A DNA stretch of 32,000 bases from Cylindrospermopsis raciborskii Cr2010. GTDB taxonomy: Bacteria > Cyanobacteriota > Cyanobacteriia > Cyanobacteriales > Nostocaceae. The DNA lies in NCBI RefSeq assembly GCF_003367075.2, contig NZ_CP065936.1:2754693-2786692 (forward strand), written 5' to 3'. The translations under genes were made by a program, and so were the position numbers. Numbering within the stretch: the first letter of the stretch is position 1; each line of letters begins with the position of its first letter. Below are positions 1 to 9,468 of this stretch, piece by piece. The notes beneath the pieces are model-generated. The model saw nothing but the letters and a program-made list of their open reading frames with translations, made no database searches and had not been told where the DNA came from.

Positions 1-2
1 AA

Positions 3-269
3 CAACATCAAGAGTTAATTCGGCGCGCTGTAGGTTTATTAGAAAAAATAGCGGCTAATCACCAACAACTTCATCAAAATGCTTTACTGGCAGATTATAC
101 AGATAACTTCTGCAATGTTTACCAGGAAAGAATGGAGGAAGATGATAAAATTTCTACTGATTTGTTGACTAATTTAGCAGTTAAACTACTGATAGATTTA
201 CTCTTTTATAGCTCTCCTACTGGACATCGCCGACTCTGGTTAACATTGCTAGACCGTTCCACAAGATAA
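3..269 (+). CDS. C-terminal fragment of a conserved cyanobacterial hypothetical protein (5' end outside window; possibly DUF3038 family)
   Basis: Frame-3 reading frame is open from the window edge to TAA at 267-269 (..LLTNLAVKLLIDLLFYSSPTGHRRLWLTLLDRSTR*). It is not in the ORF track because no start lies in the window. It ends 13 nt before the next same-strand gene. The family name is recalled, not verified. Confidence 0.5.
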   Translation, partial: QHQELIRRAVGLLEKIAANHQQLHQNALLADYTDNFCNVYQERMEEDDKISTDLLTNLAVKLLIDLLFYSSPTGHRRLWLTLLDRSTR

Positions 270-282
270 TGGTATTTTTACT

Positions 283-1743
283 ATGCCTGGATCCAATTCT
301 GTTGTTCGCCGTTATACACCGCCCACTTGTACGTTAGAAATTCTAGCGGAAAGCTCACCCTTATCTCGTTGGATGAGTCAAACTGTGGTGGATCAGCTAC
401 GTTTTCAATTGCATTTTGATGATCCAACTTTACCAGAAGATTTGAGAATACCTATTGAGGGTAATCGGGAACAGTTGGAGGTTTTATGTAATGCTGTAAG
501 CAGCTACGTGCAGCAACTTTTGCAAGAGTCATCCGATAGGTTTTGTGTGATTTTTCGGGAATCTACACCTTCCAAACCCCCTACGTTACCCTCGGAAGCG
601 GAAGATATTGCTTCTAGTGCGTCTCCAGCATCTGCTTCCCTTCCCCATCATAGGGATAATACGGGGGTTTTAGAGGCTACTATTTATCTAGAATTCCAGG
701 AGAATCTAACTCATAAACTATACCTAGGTTCCCTAGCTACCCAAAGATCTGGACCGGTGATTGAACTGACTCTATTACAGTTATTTGATTTATCTAGTGC
801 TTTGGATGAGTATTCTGCTGATATAATTGCATTACCAACTATGGGAGCTGAAAGGTTCATAAGTTCCAAATTGCCCAGATGGGCTCCTGTAGCAGCAGTG
901 TTAACTTTGGCTTTGGGTCTAACTCCCTTCACCTGGCAATATGCTAGTAATATGCGCTCGGTGCGAGTAAGTGAGCAACAAAAACCTCAAGAACCTATGT
1001 CAACCGGGGCACCTACTATGAACCCGGATGCTGGTGTTAAGTCACCTGATTTAGCTGACCTACCTTCTGGTTTACCCAATTTTAATTTACCCAGTCCTAA
1101 CCAGGAAAATTTGGATGTTCTTAGATCGGGCACAGTCTTCCCCACACCAACCCCTGGTACAACAGGTAAAAATCCCCTAAAAACACCAGAAATTGCAGGA
1201 GACATTATCCCTAATAGTCCTAATAGCACCCAAGTGCCCCCTAAAATACTGGGATATCCTACAGATCCACGAATACAAGGTAGAATACCTAATTCTAACA
1301 TACCTCCGGGAGATGTCAACAGGTTACCCGACAGTCTACCTAATCCTTCCCTACCTCAGACACAACCATTAAATAGAAGTAATAGAACTGGGGAGAATGA
1401 CACAGCAGGAACTGCAAAACAAGACCTAACCACCATAACCAGTCAGGAAAACAAATCTTACGATACACCCCAAGTAGCAGAAGCAGGGAAGTATCTTCAA
1501 GGTAAATGGCGCCCACCCGCAGATTTTACTCAAACCCTAGAATATAGTGTTACCCTGGAGGTTGATGGCACAATTCAGCGGATTTTGCCCTTAAATCAAG
1601 CTGCTAGAGAATACATTGATAATACAGGTATGCCAGAAATTGGTAAACCCTTTGTTTCTAGTAATAAAGCAGGAAAAACTCTCAGAATTAGAGTTGTTTA
1701 CTCCCCCGATGGCAAAGTCAAAACCTTTACAGAAACTCCATAA
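283..1743 (+). CDS. DUF4335-like cyanobacterial protein with a long Pro/Asn/Ser-rich central region
   Basis: 486-aa ORF. The N-terminus RRYTPPTCTLEILAESSPLSRW matches my memory of DUF4335. It has a central TM-like segment (WAPVAAVLTLALGLTPF), about 200 aa of low-complexity Pro-rich sequence, then a compact C-terminal domain. Confidence 0.65.
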   Translation: MPGSNSVVRRYTPPTCTLEILAESSPLSRWMSQTVVDQLRFQLHFDDPTLPEDLRIPIEGNREQLEVLCNAVSSYVQQLLQESSDRFCVIFRESTPSKPPTLPSEAEDIASSASPASASLPHHRDNTGVLEATIYLEFQENLTHKLYLGSLATQRSGPVIELTLLQLFDLSSALDEYSADIIALPTMGAERFISSKLPRWAPVAAVLTLALGLTPFTWQYASNMRSVRVSEQQKPQEPMSTGAPTMNPDAGVKSPDLADLPSGLPNFNLPSPNQENLDVLRSGTVFPTPTPGTTGKNPLKTPEIAGDIIPNSPNSTQVPPKILGYPTDPRIQGRIPNSNIPPGDVNRLPDSLPNPSLPQTQPLNRSNRTGENDTAGTAKQDLTTITSQENKSYDTPQVAEAGKYLQGKWRPPADFTQTLEYSVTLEVDGTIQRILPLNQAAREYIDNTGMPEIGKPFVSSNKAGKTLRIRVVYSPDGKVKTFTETP

Positions 1744-1748
1744 GTCCC

Positions 1749-3779
1749 CTACTTTCTCATCTCCTCCATGGCCCCCCTGGCCATAGCTGCGATCGCTCTA
1801 TCAGTTGCTTTCGGTAGTTGATAATATTTGCCTCCCGCTGTTTTCGCTAGTTCTTTGGCAAAACCAGTTGAAACAAATTTACTTTCTGTATCTATTACCA
1901 GTAACTGCATCCCGGAAGCTCTAATCCTCCCTGCAATATCTAGGAGCTCTCCCTTAATATCTGGTTTTTCTCCTGGTTCCTGGGACTCCCCTAGGGATCT
2001 GGAGAGCGGTATATTACCTCTACCGTCGGTAATTGCCACTATCACCACTTGTCCAATGTCTCCTCCCATTTGGGCGTTGACACCCACTCTGACCGCTTGG
2101 GTTAATCCATGGGCCAAGGGGGAACCACCTCCACAAGGTAATTTTTCTAACCGGGTTTTTGCTAAAGCAATAGACCGGGTAGGAGGTAATAACACTTCCG
2201 CTTGTTCTCCCCTAAAAGGAATTAGGGCAATTTGATCTCGGTTTTGATAGGATTCAGTTAAAAGTTGCATTACTGCTCCCTTAGCTGACTGCATTCTATT
2301 TAAAGCCATTGAACCGGAAGCATCAACAACAAATACTACCAGGGCACCAGCTTTTCTCACTAACCGTTTTGTTCGCATATCCCCCTGTTCCACTATCACC
2401 CTTTTCCCTGGCTGTCGTAAACGACGCGCTTTTTGATATGGAGCGGCAGCTCTTAAAGTAGCATCAACGGCAATGCGTTTAACCTTGCCCTTGGGTAACA
2501 TAGGTTTGATATAACGGCCCCTATCTTCTGAAAATATCAGACTGCGACTGCCCGATTTTCCTTGTCTTTGAGCCATCTGGGTGAAATATAGTACCTCTGG
2601 ATCGAGAATTACTCCCTCGGGGTCAAAAACAAACTCTTGGGGAATATCTGGAGGTTCCTGTTGCTCCTCTTGTTGTTCTTGTTGTTGTTCCTCTTCTTGT
2701 TGCTCCTCTTGTTGTTCTGGTGAGTCCTGCTGATTTTGGGGTGGTGGTGGTGGTGGTTGGTCTGGTGGTGGAGTTTGAATAACCGTGGTTCTGGGAACTA
2801 TAACTAATTCTACTGCACGGCGTAGGTCTTCAGCACTAACACTATTACGTCCATCCAATGCTGCTGATGCTTTAGCAACACGGACAGCAAATAATTCTGC
2901 TCGGTGTCCTTCCACTCCTGCACGAATAGCTTCGTTGACCAGGTAGGTAATCTGCTCGGGGGAGATAGTTACTTCTTTTAACCATTCCCTGGCCAGTAAT
3001 ATTTGGGTTTTGAGAGAGTCTATATCCTCATTGTATTGCTGTATGAATTCTTGAGGAGATATGGAATAAGCGATCGCCTGTTCAACTGCTTGCACTCTTT
3101 GGTCTAACCCGAGTACTCCGTCTGCACTAAGAGCTATAGCGATTCTATCAAGCAGATGTTCTCTCAGGGGGCCTTCTTCAGGGTTATAGGTAGCAATAAA
3201 AAGGGGTTTACAGGGGTGTTGAAAACTTATCCCTTCCCTTTCTATTTGGTTACGTCCTTCCGAAAGGACGGCCAACAATTGATTACTAATTTGATCATCG
3301 AGCAAATTGATTTCATCTATATATAATACACCCCGGTTAGCGGTAGCTAGAAGTCCTGGTTGAAATACGGTTTTACCTTGTTTGACCGACTGCTCCACAT
3401 CTACTGAACCTAAAAGCCGATCCTCCGTTACTCCCAGGGGTATTTGTACAAAAGGGACAGGTATAATTTCTGTGACTATTTCCTCTGACGTTTGTGCCAC
3501 TAGTTGGTCATCCCAGGATTCTGGTTGTTCTGGATCACAATTGCTCATGGAGTCTTTGACAACTTCTATCCCTGGTAATAAAGCGTGAATACCTCGTGCC
3601 ATAACCGATTTAGCCGTACCACGACGACCAGCAATTACCACACCTCCCAAACCGGGATCTACTGCTGCTAATAGCAGGGCGGTTTTAATTGCCTCTTGAC
3701 CGACTACAGCGGCAAGGGGAAAAGCTGTGACTTTTGGAGTAGTTGTGGGTGTTGGCATTCTCGGTTTAGTGGTTATCAT
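1749..3779 (-). CDS. chlD: Magnesium chelatase subunit D
   Basis: 676 aa. AAA+-like N-terminal half ([14 protein letters not shown]). Characteristic Pro-rich plus acidic Q/E linker ([33 protein letters not shown]). C-terminal vWA domain with MIDAS motif DASGSM. Confidence 0.93.
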   Translation of the reverse strand: MITTKPRMPTPTTTPKVTAFPLAAVVGQEAIKTALLLAAVDPGLGGVVIAGRRGTAKSVMARGIHALLPGIEVVKDSMSNCDPEQPESWDDQLVAQTSEEIVTEIIPVPFVQIPLGVTEDRLLGSVDVEQSVKQGKTVFQPGLLATANRGVLYIDEINLLDDQISNQLLAVLSEGRNQIEREGISFQHPCKPLFIATYNPEEGPLREHLLDRIAIALSADGVLGLDQRVQAVEQAIAYSISPQEFIQQYNEDIDSLKTQILLAREWLKEVTISPEQITYLVNEAIRAGVEGHRAELFAVRVAKASAALDGRNSVSAEDLRRAVELVIVPRTTVIQTPPPDQPPPPPPQNQQDSPEQQEEQQEEEQQQEQQEEQQEPPDIPQEFVFDPEGVILDPEVLYFTQMAQRQGKSGSRSLIFSEDRGRYIKPMLPKGKVKRIAVDATLRAAAPYQKARRLRQPGKRVIVEQGDMRTKRLVRKAGALVVFVVDASGSMALNRMQSAKGAVMQLLTESYQNRDQIALIPFRGEQAEVLLPPTRSIALAKTRLEKLPCGGGSPLAHGLTQAVRVGVNAQMGGDIGQVVIVAITDGRGNIPLSRSLGESQEPGEKPDIKGELLDIAGRIRASGMQLLVIDTESKFVSTGFAKELAKTAGGKYYQLPKATDRAIAAMARGAMEEMRK

Positions 3780-3864
3780 GTTTTTGAGGATAGCATTTAT
3801 TTGAGTATTTGGATTTTCTTAGGGATATAATTTTCCATATTAAACTTAGGTAAAACCCAGCAAA

Positions 3865-4662
3865 ATGGTAGGAGTGGAACAGGAATTATTTAGAATTTCC
3901 CAGGGACATCTGAACTTAATTGAGAACTGTCCCAGGAAGTTTCAGCATACATGTTTAGATATGCTAACAACACCCACAGATCCTAAACAGGAAGAGTATA
4001 AAACATTGGGTAGTCGTTTTCACTTGCTAATGCAACAGCAAGCCATGGGACTACCGATTGAGAGTTTTATAGGGGAAGATGAGCGACTCAAAAGTTTAAT
4101 ATTGGATTTAACTGGAGTGATACCGGAAATCCTGACAGCGGGAAAGGAGGGGGAGACATTTCAGGAAAGTGAACATTCTAGAAATCTACAAGTGGGAGAT
4201 TATTTAATAACCGTCATTTATGACCTGTTGATAGCCAACAATGAAAAGGCGAAAATATTTGACTGGAAAACCTATCGTCAACTACCAGACTTAAAGGATA
4301 TCAAGTCTTTAGCCAGTCATTGGCAAACTAAACTTTACATGTATGTTTTGGCAGAAACTAGCACATACCTACCCAAAAATATATCTATGACCTATTGGTT
4401 TATCCCAGGAAAAGGGAATTCAAAAAAAATTGAGTTTAGATATAGTAATGTGGAGCATAAAAAAAACGGAAATCAGTTAAAACAGCTGCTGGAGAATCTA
4501 TCTATTTGGCTAGAACAATATAAAAAAAATCAACCATTACCTCAGCAGCCAAAACATAGAAAACTTTGTGAATATTGTCCATATAGCTATCGTTGTTATG
4601 GTGAAATAGACAATCAATTACCGAGGGCAAATATTCAACCCATTCCAGAAATAGAATGTTAA
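3865..4662 (+). CDS. Cas4/RecB-like PD-(D/E)XK nuclease with a 4-Cys (Fe-S type) signature
   Basis: 265 aa. One N-terminal Cys (ENCPRKF) plus C-terminal CEYCPYSYRC (C-x2-C-x5-C). Nuclease motifs IYDLL ... FDWK and QTKLY (QhxxY). Confidence 0.75.
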   Translation: MVGVEQELFRISQGHLNLIENCPRKFQHTCLDMLTTPTDPKQEEYKTLGSRFHLLMQQQAMGLPIESFIGEDERLKSLILDLTGVIPEILTAGKEGETFQESEHSRNLQVGDYLITVIYDLLIANNEKAKIFDWKTYRQLPDLKDIKSLASHWQTKLYMYVLAETSTYLPKNISMTYWFIPGKGNSKKIEFRYSNVEHKKNGNQLKQLLENLSIWLEQYKKNQPLPQQPKHRKLCEYCPYSYRCYGEIDNQLPRANIQPIPEIEC

Positions 4663-4664
4663 AA

Positions 4665-4730
4665 CTAAGTAGCTCCCATGAGTTACCCTACCGCTAACCC
4701 ATCCTATAAATAATCGTACTCCCTACTTAA
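4665..4730. repeat. Short MITE-like dispersed repeat (CTAAGTAG ... CTACTTAA ends), related to the element at 13222-13327
   Basis: Positions 4698-4730 (cccatcctataaataatcgtactccctacttaa) align with 13294-13327 (ggcatcctacaaataattgtgcctccctacttaa), with a few mismatches and a 1-nt indel. The ends are imperfect inverted repeats. Confidence 0.4.
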
Positions 4731-4771
4731 CGGGTGTAATTAAATATAAGTTGACAACATAAATCAATGCC

Positions 4772-7144
4772 ATGAAGTGGATTTTATTAGAAAACATAGA
4801 AATTCCCCAAGATTTTCTGCAAGCAGTTCAAAAACAGTATCACATCCGTCATGGATCGAAATCAAAAGCCAACTTTGTGGCGCAAATCCTATGGCAAAGA
4901 GGAATTAGAACTGAATTAGAACTGGTCAATTTTCTCGATTTTAAAAACTATCGACCTGCAAGTTCCTTTGAATTTGGAGAAGAGATGAATTTAGCAGTCA
5001 ATCGGTTAAAAGCAGCAGTAATCTCCAAGGAGAAAGTAGGGATTTGGGGAGATTTTGACGCCGATGGTATTACATCCACCGCATTACTATGGGATGGATT
5101 AGGAGAGTTTTTCCCTCAGTATGAACAATTAACCTATTACATTCCCAACCGACTAACAGAATCCCATGGGTTAAATTTTGCCGGAATTGAACGTCTAGCC
5201 CAACAAGGTTGTAGATTAATAGTTACCTGCGACACTGGAAGTACAAACATTGACGAGATTGTTTATGCCCAGAAATTAGGTATAGACCTAATTGTCACCG
5301 ATCATCACACCCTACCAACAGAACGTCCTCCCGTCAGTGCTATTATCAATCCTCGTTACTTACCCGAAACACATTCATTATTTCATCTTTCTGGAGTTGC
5401 GGTAGCTTATAAATTAGTCGAAGCATTATATGAAACTTTGCCAGACATACCACAAAACCCCCTGGAAGATTTATTAGATTTGGTTGCCATAGGATTAATT
5501 GCTGACCTGGTACAATTGAAGGGTGATTGTCGCTATTTGGCTCAGATTGGAATTGATAAATTACACCAAGAATCTAAAAAAGGTATCTTACATAGCAGGA
5601 GACCAGGAATCAAAAAACTACTGGAACTGTGCCACAAAAATGGCGATCGCCCCATGGATATTTCTTTTGGATTAGGTCCACGTATTAATGCTGTTAGCAG
5701 GATTCATGGTGATGGAAGTTTCTGTGTAGAGCTATTAACTAGTAGAGATATTAAAAGGTGTGGTCAACTAGCACAAGAGACAGAATTAGCCAATTCTCGA
5801 CGTAAATCATTGCAAAAAGATGTTCAAGAACAGGCCAGAAAAAAACTGGGGGAATTAGATTTATCTACCACCCATGTGATTGTTTTAGTAGATAGTCAAT
5901 GGCCAGGTGGGGTCTTGGGTTTAGTTGCGGGTCAAATTGCTCAAGAAACAGGAAAACCAACTATCTTATTAAGTACAGATTCACTAGATAGTAAAACAAA
6001 CTTAGCTCGCGGATCAGCTCGTTCAATTAACTCTATTGATTTATACCAACTAGTTCAAAAGCAGGCACATTTATTACATCGTTTTGGCGGACATCCCTTT
6101 GCTGCTGGACTAAGTTTATCTGTGGAAAATATCGGATTATTTACCGATGCGATTAACCAACAATTCCGATTATCTGTAGGGGGAATAAACCTCACACCCA
6201 CAGTGCAGGCGGATCTAGTAGTAACTGTGGCAGATTTAGGCAGAGAATTATTTTTAGAGCTGAAACTTATGGAACCCTGTGGTATGGGAAATCCAGTGCC
6301 AAAATTACTAATTAAGAACTGTTGGTTTGAAAATATTTCCCATGAGAAAATTCAAGATTACCAGGGGAATAAAATTCAATATCTGAAAACCAAATTTCTG
6401 ATGGGAGATGATTCTAGTCAACAACGGTTTCCCGGGATTTGGTGGGGACATGATAAAAATGACCTACCCCAGGGGAGATGTGATTGTATAGTGGAAATAG
6501 ATATCAATAACAATAAAGCACAACCAGAGCATCAAATTAGATTAATTGATGTCCGTCCTACTAGTGACTTAGGAATTCACTTGGAAGTTCAATCTCACAA
6601 ATCGGCAATGATTATAGATTGGAGAAATCAACCAAGTGAAAATTACCACGATTCAATATTGACCATTAAACACTGTCCCACCGGCTGGAATGAGGTAAAA
6701 GGTTGGTTGAAAACTGCCATTTCTCATCAAAAACACTTAGCTTTGGCTTGGTCACAGCCCAATTATCTCACACCTGAAGAAATTTGGTTGAACTTGGTGG
6801 GTATTGCCAAATTTTTGAGTCGCACCAATCAAAAAACAACTCGGTTAAAAGTTTTGCAGAAATTGGGTATCAATGACCAGAGCTTACATCTGGGATTGGA
6901 ATCTTTAAAATCTCTAGGGTTTAGGGTTGATGGTGAGGGAGAGTTTTTAAAAATCACTTACCAGAATCCAGTTACTAGTTCAATGGATTATGAATTTGGC
7001 CCTCCAGCTAGTGATTATGGAAATATTAAAACTAAAATCGACTGTTTTTGCGCAGCAATCAGGGAAGAACAATTTCAAAAAGACTATTTTACCACAGTTC
7101 CCCTATCTATCATACAGTCCATTCTTTTAGTACAAATGTTTTAA
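4772..7144 (+). CDS. recJ: Single-stranded-DNA-specific exonuclease RecJ (long form with C-terminal extension)
   Basis: 790 aa. DHH-family motifs DFDADGITS, VTCDTG and IVTDHH, plus DHHA1 motif GGHPFAAG. About 200 extra C-terminal residues relative to the canonical RecJ core. Confidence 0.9.
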   Translation: MKWILLENIEIPQDFLQAVQKQYHIRHGSKSKANFVAQILWQRGIRTELELVNFLDFKNYRPASSFEFGEEMNLAVNRLKAAVISKEKVGIWGDFDADGITSTALLWDGLGEFFPQYEQLTYYIPNRLTESHGLNFAGIERLAQQGCRLIVTCDTGSTNIDEIVYAQKLGIDLIVTDHHTLPTERPPVSAIINPRYLPETHSLFHLSGVAVAYKLVEALYETLPDIPQNPLEDLLDLVAIGLIADLVQLKGDCRYLAQIGIDKLHQESKKGILHSRRPGIKKLLELCHKNGDRPMDISFGLGPRINAVSRIHGDGSFCVELLTSRDIKRCGQLAQETELANSRRKSLQKDVQEQARKKLGELDLSTTHVIVLVDSQWPGGVLGLVAGQIAQETGKPTILLSTDSLDSKTNLARGSARSINSIDLYQLVQKQAHLLHRFGGHPFAAGLSLSVENIGLFTDAINQQFRLSVGGINLTPTVQADLVVTVADLGRELFLELKLMEPCGMGNPVPKLLIKNCWFENISHEKIQDYQGNKIQYLKTKFLMGDDSSQQRFPGIWWGHDKNDLPQGRCDCIVEIDINNNKAQPEHQIRLIDVRPTSDLGIHLEVQSHKSAMIIDWRNQPSENYHDSILTIKHCPTGWNEVKGWLKTAISHQKHLALAWSQPNYLTPEEIWLNLVGIAKFLSRTNQKTTRLKVLQKLGINDQSLHLGLESLKSLGFRVDGEGEFLKITYQNPVTSSMDYEFGPPASDYGNIKTKIDCFCAAIREEQFQKDYFTTVPLSIIQSILLVQMF

Positions 7145-7299
7145 ACATATTTCTTAAAAACCCCCCACCAGTTCAACAAAATGCTATAATGGGGAAGGAA
7201 TTTGGGCCTTTAAAGCAAAGAGTGATCAGGGTAACACCAATATGGTTGTTGATTGTGCGGTAAGGCAAGCAAATTCTAACTCTCCACGCGTTATTAGAG

Positions 7300-8613
7300 A
7301 TGACCTACATGAATCAATCTGCGAAACCTTACTCACCACTGCGTGTAGCCCTAGTTGGTACAATGGTTGCTACCAGTGCTACCCTGTCTTTATTTGGTCA
7401 AGCATGGACTAAACAGGTTAAAGCCGCTTTACAAGACAGTCCGAAAGCACTGGTAGACCAAGTATGGCAACTTGTCAATCGGGACTATGTTGATGGTAAA
7501 TTCAATCAACAAAATTGGCAAGCAATTAGACAAAGTCTATTAAGCAAAAACTACACATCCAAGCAAGAAGCTTATGTAGCCATCAGATCAGCTCTCCAAA
7601 AACTGGAAGATCCCTACACCAGATTTATGGATCCCAAACAATTTGAAGCCCTGACTAATCAAACCTCTGGTGAGGTGACAGGTATAGGGATTCGCATGGA
7701 AATCAATGAGCAAACCAAACGCTTGACTGTGGTAGAGCCTATACAAAATTCACCAGCAGATAAAGCGGGTATTAAAGCAGGGGATGAAATTATTGCCATA
7801 AATGGTAAATCCACTAGTAAAATGAAGATAGATGAAGCATCTAGCTTGATTCGCGGTCCTGCAGGAACTGCCATCACCCTGAAAATATCCAGACCAGGAA
7901 ACAGTTTTCTTGATATCAAGTTAACAAGAGCAACTATTGAAGTACCAACCGTAAGATATATTTTAAAACGAGATAATGGACGTCGTATTGGCTATATTCG
8001 ATTACAAGAATTTAGTAGTCATGCAGCGGAGCAGATGGATCGGGCAATTCGAGATTTGAATAATCAAAAGGTGGACTTTTATGTATTAGACCTGCGTGGT
8101 AATCCTGGTGGTTTACTGCAAGCTAGTATTGAAATAGCACGCATGTGGTTAGATAAAGGCGGTATTGTCAAGACTGTAGATCGGGTAGGCGGTAGCGAAG
8201 AAACCAAAGCCAATGGCACTGCGTTAACTAATAGACCCCTGGCCATATTGGTAGATGGTAACTCCGCCAGCGCCAGTGAAATTCTGACCGGCGCTCTTAA
8301 GGATAATAACCGAGCAGTAGTGGTAGGTAGTCAAACCTATGGTAAGGCCCTAGTACAATCAGTTCATGAGTTAATTGATGGATCTGGTTTAGCAATCACC
8401 ATTGCCCATTATTATACTCCTAAAGGCACGGATATCAACAAAAAGGGTATTACACCCGATATTCAGCTAGATTTAACTCAAGCCCAAGAACGAGAGTTAG
8501 CAGCTAATCCCAATTTAATTGGAACCTTGAGTGACCCACAGTACGCTCGTGCAATTTCCGCTATCTTGGACAGTAAATTTGCCCAACCACCACAAAAAGT
8601 TGAAAATTTCTAG
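7300..8613 (+). CDS. S41 family carboxyl-terminal processing protease (CtpA/B/C family)
   Basis: 437 aa. N-terminal hydrophobic anchor, PDZ-like segment (GIGIRMEI..), catalytic Ser motif GNSASASE and Lys motif TYGKALVQS. The paralog (CtpA, B or C) cannot be assigned by eye. Confidence 0.88.
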   Translation: MTYMNQSAKPYSPLRVALVGTMVATSATLSLFGQAWTKQVKAALQDSPKALVDQVWQLVNRDYVDGKFNQQNWQAIRQSLLSKNYTSKQEAYVAIRSALQKLEDPYTRFMDPKQFEALTNQTSGEVTGIGIRMEINEQTKRLTVVEPIQNSPADKAGIKAGDEIIAINGKSTSKMKIDEASSLIRGPAGTAITLKISRPGNSFLDIKLTRATIEVPTVRYILKRDNGRRIGYIRLQEFSSHAAEQMDRAIRDLNNQKVDFYVLDLRGNPGGLLQASIEIARMWLDKGGIVKTVDRVGGSEETKANGTALTNRPLAILVDGNSASASEILTGALKDNNRAVVVGSQTYGKALVQSVHELIDGSGLAITIAHYYTPKGTDINKKGITPDIQLDLTQAQERELAANPNLIGTLSDPQYARAISAILDSKFAQPPQKVENF

Positions 8614-8689
8614 ATTGGAGGGTGAGAATGACTAATGATATGCTAAGTTATTAGTAATTAGGTCAACGGTAAAATAGGGAAAATTTTCA

Positions 8690-9385
8690 ATGTCAGCACA
8701 ACTGTTACTGGTAGATGATGAACCGGGGTTACGCGAAGCTGTAAAGGAATACTTACAAGAAAGCGGTTTCGGTGTTCGAGTTGCCAGTAACGCCCGCGAA
8801 GGGTGGGAATTAATACAACAAAATACTCCCGACTTGGTAATTTCCGATATTATGATGCCCCAAGTTGATGGCTATCAGTTCCTCAAACAACTGCGAGATG
8901 ACCCCCGATTGGCTTCGCTACCAGTTATCTTTTTAACCGCTAAAGGTATGACGGGCGATCGCATTCAAGGATATCAAGCAGGGGTAGATGCCTATTTATC
9001 AAAGCCTTTTGACCCAGATGAGCTGATCGCCATTATCAACAATTTACTAGAAAAGCGTATTTCCCAGACTACAGTTGCGGGTGAAGACAGTGAAAACATG
9101 GAAATTGCCAAGTTGGCCCATGAGATTGCCAAAATTAAAGATTTATTAACTCCTAGGATCGGTATATCTCAGACTCCACCACCGTTTACAATTGATTTAA
9201 CCCCAAGGGAGCAAAGTGTCTTAAATCTCGTTGCCCAAGGATTAATGAACAAAGAAATTGCTCGTAAGTTGGAAACAAGTGTTCGTAATGTGGAGAAGTA
9301 CGTCAGTCGTCTATTTAGCAAAACTGGTACCAATAGTCGTACGGAACTGGTGAGATTCGCTTTAGAACATGGCTTGGCCCAATAG
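8690..9385 (+). CDS. Two-component response regulator, REC domain plus LuxR/NarL-type HTH
   Basis: 231 aa. LLVDDEPG acidic pocket, phospho-acceptor context DLVISDIMMP, LSKPF. C-terminal LTPREQSVLNLVAQGLMNKEIARKLETSVRNVEKYVSRLFSKTG. Confidence 0.87.
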   Translation: MSAQLLLVDDEPGLREAVKEYLQESGFGVRVASNAREGWELIQQNTPDLVISDIMMPQVDGYQFLKQLRDDPRLASLPVIFLTAKGMTGDRIQGYQAGVDAYLSKPFDPDELIAIINNLLEKRISQTTVAGEDSENMEIAKLAHEIAKIKDLLTPRIGISQTPPPFTIDLTPREQSVLNLVAQGLMNKEIARKLETSVRNVEKYVSRLFSKTGTNSRTELVRFALEHGLAQ

Positions 9386-9468
9386 TGGAATTGGTGGGGG
9401 GTTGGAAGCATAAGCTAGGATAGCGGAAAATTTGCTAGGATGATCCTTCACTATTTGTGTTCAGATTT

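Noticed and set aside
2640-2770. Low-complexity CAA/GAA/CCA repeats on the chlD coding strand, possibly a repeat expansion or anomaly
   Set aside because: A poly-Pro plus acidic Q/E linker between the AAA+ and vWA domains is a normal hallmark of ChlD/BchD.
711-3588. Antisense ORFs from the track (711-932, 987-1319, 1828-2235, 3382-3588)
   Set aside because: They lie entirely inside longer ORFs with recognisable domains (DUF4335-like, chlD). Their composition reflects the opposite-strand codons.
7048-7263. 71-aa ORF overlapping the recJ 3' end
   Set aside because: It overlaps recJ out of frame. It has no recognisable motifs or RBS, and its product is low-complexity. It is more likely non-coding spacer containing the ctp promoter (TATAAT at 7185-7190).
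9386-9468. Possible oriC upstream of dnaN, a common location in cyanobacteria
   Set aside because: The intergenic region is only about 80 bp. I saw no cluster of DnaA-box-like TTTTCCACA/TGTGGAAAA sequences and no AT-rich unwinding element.
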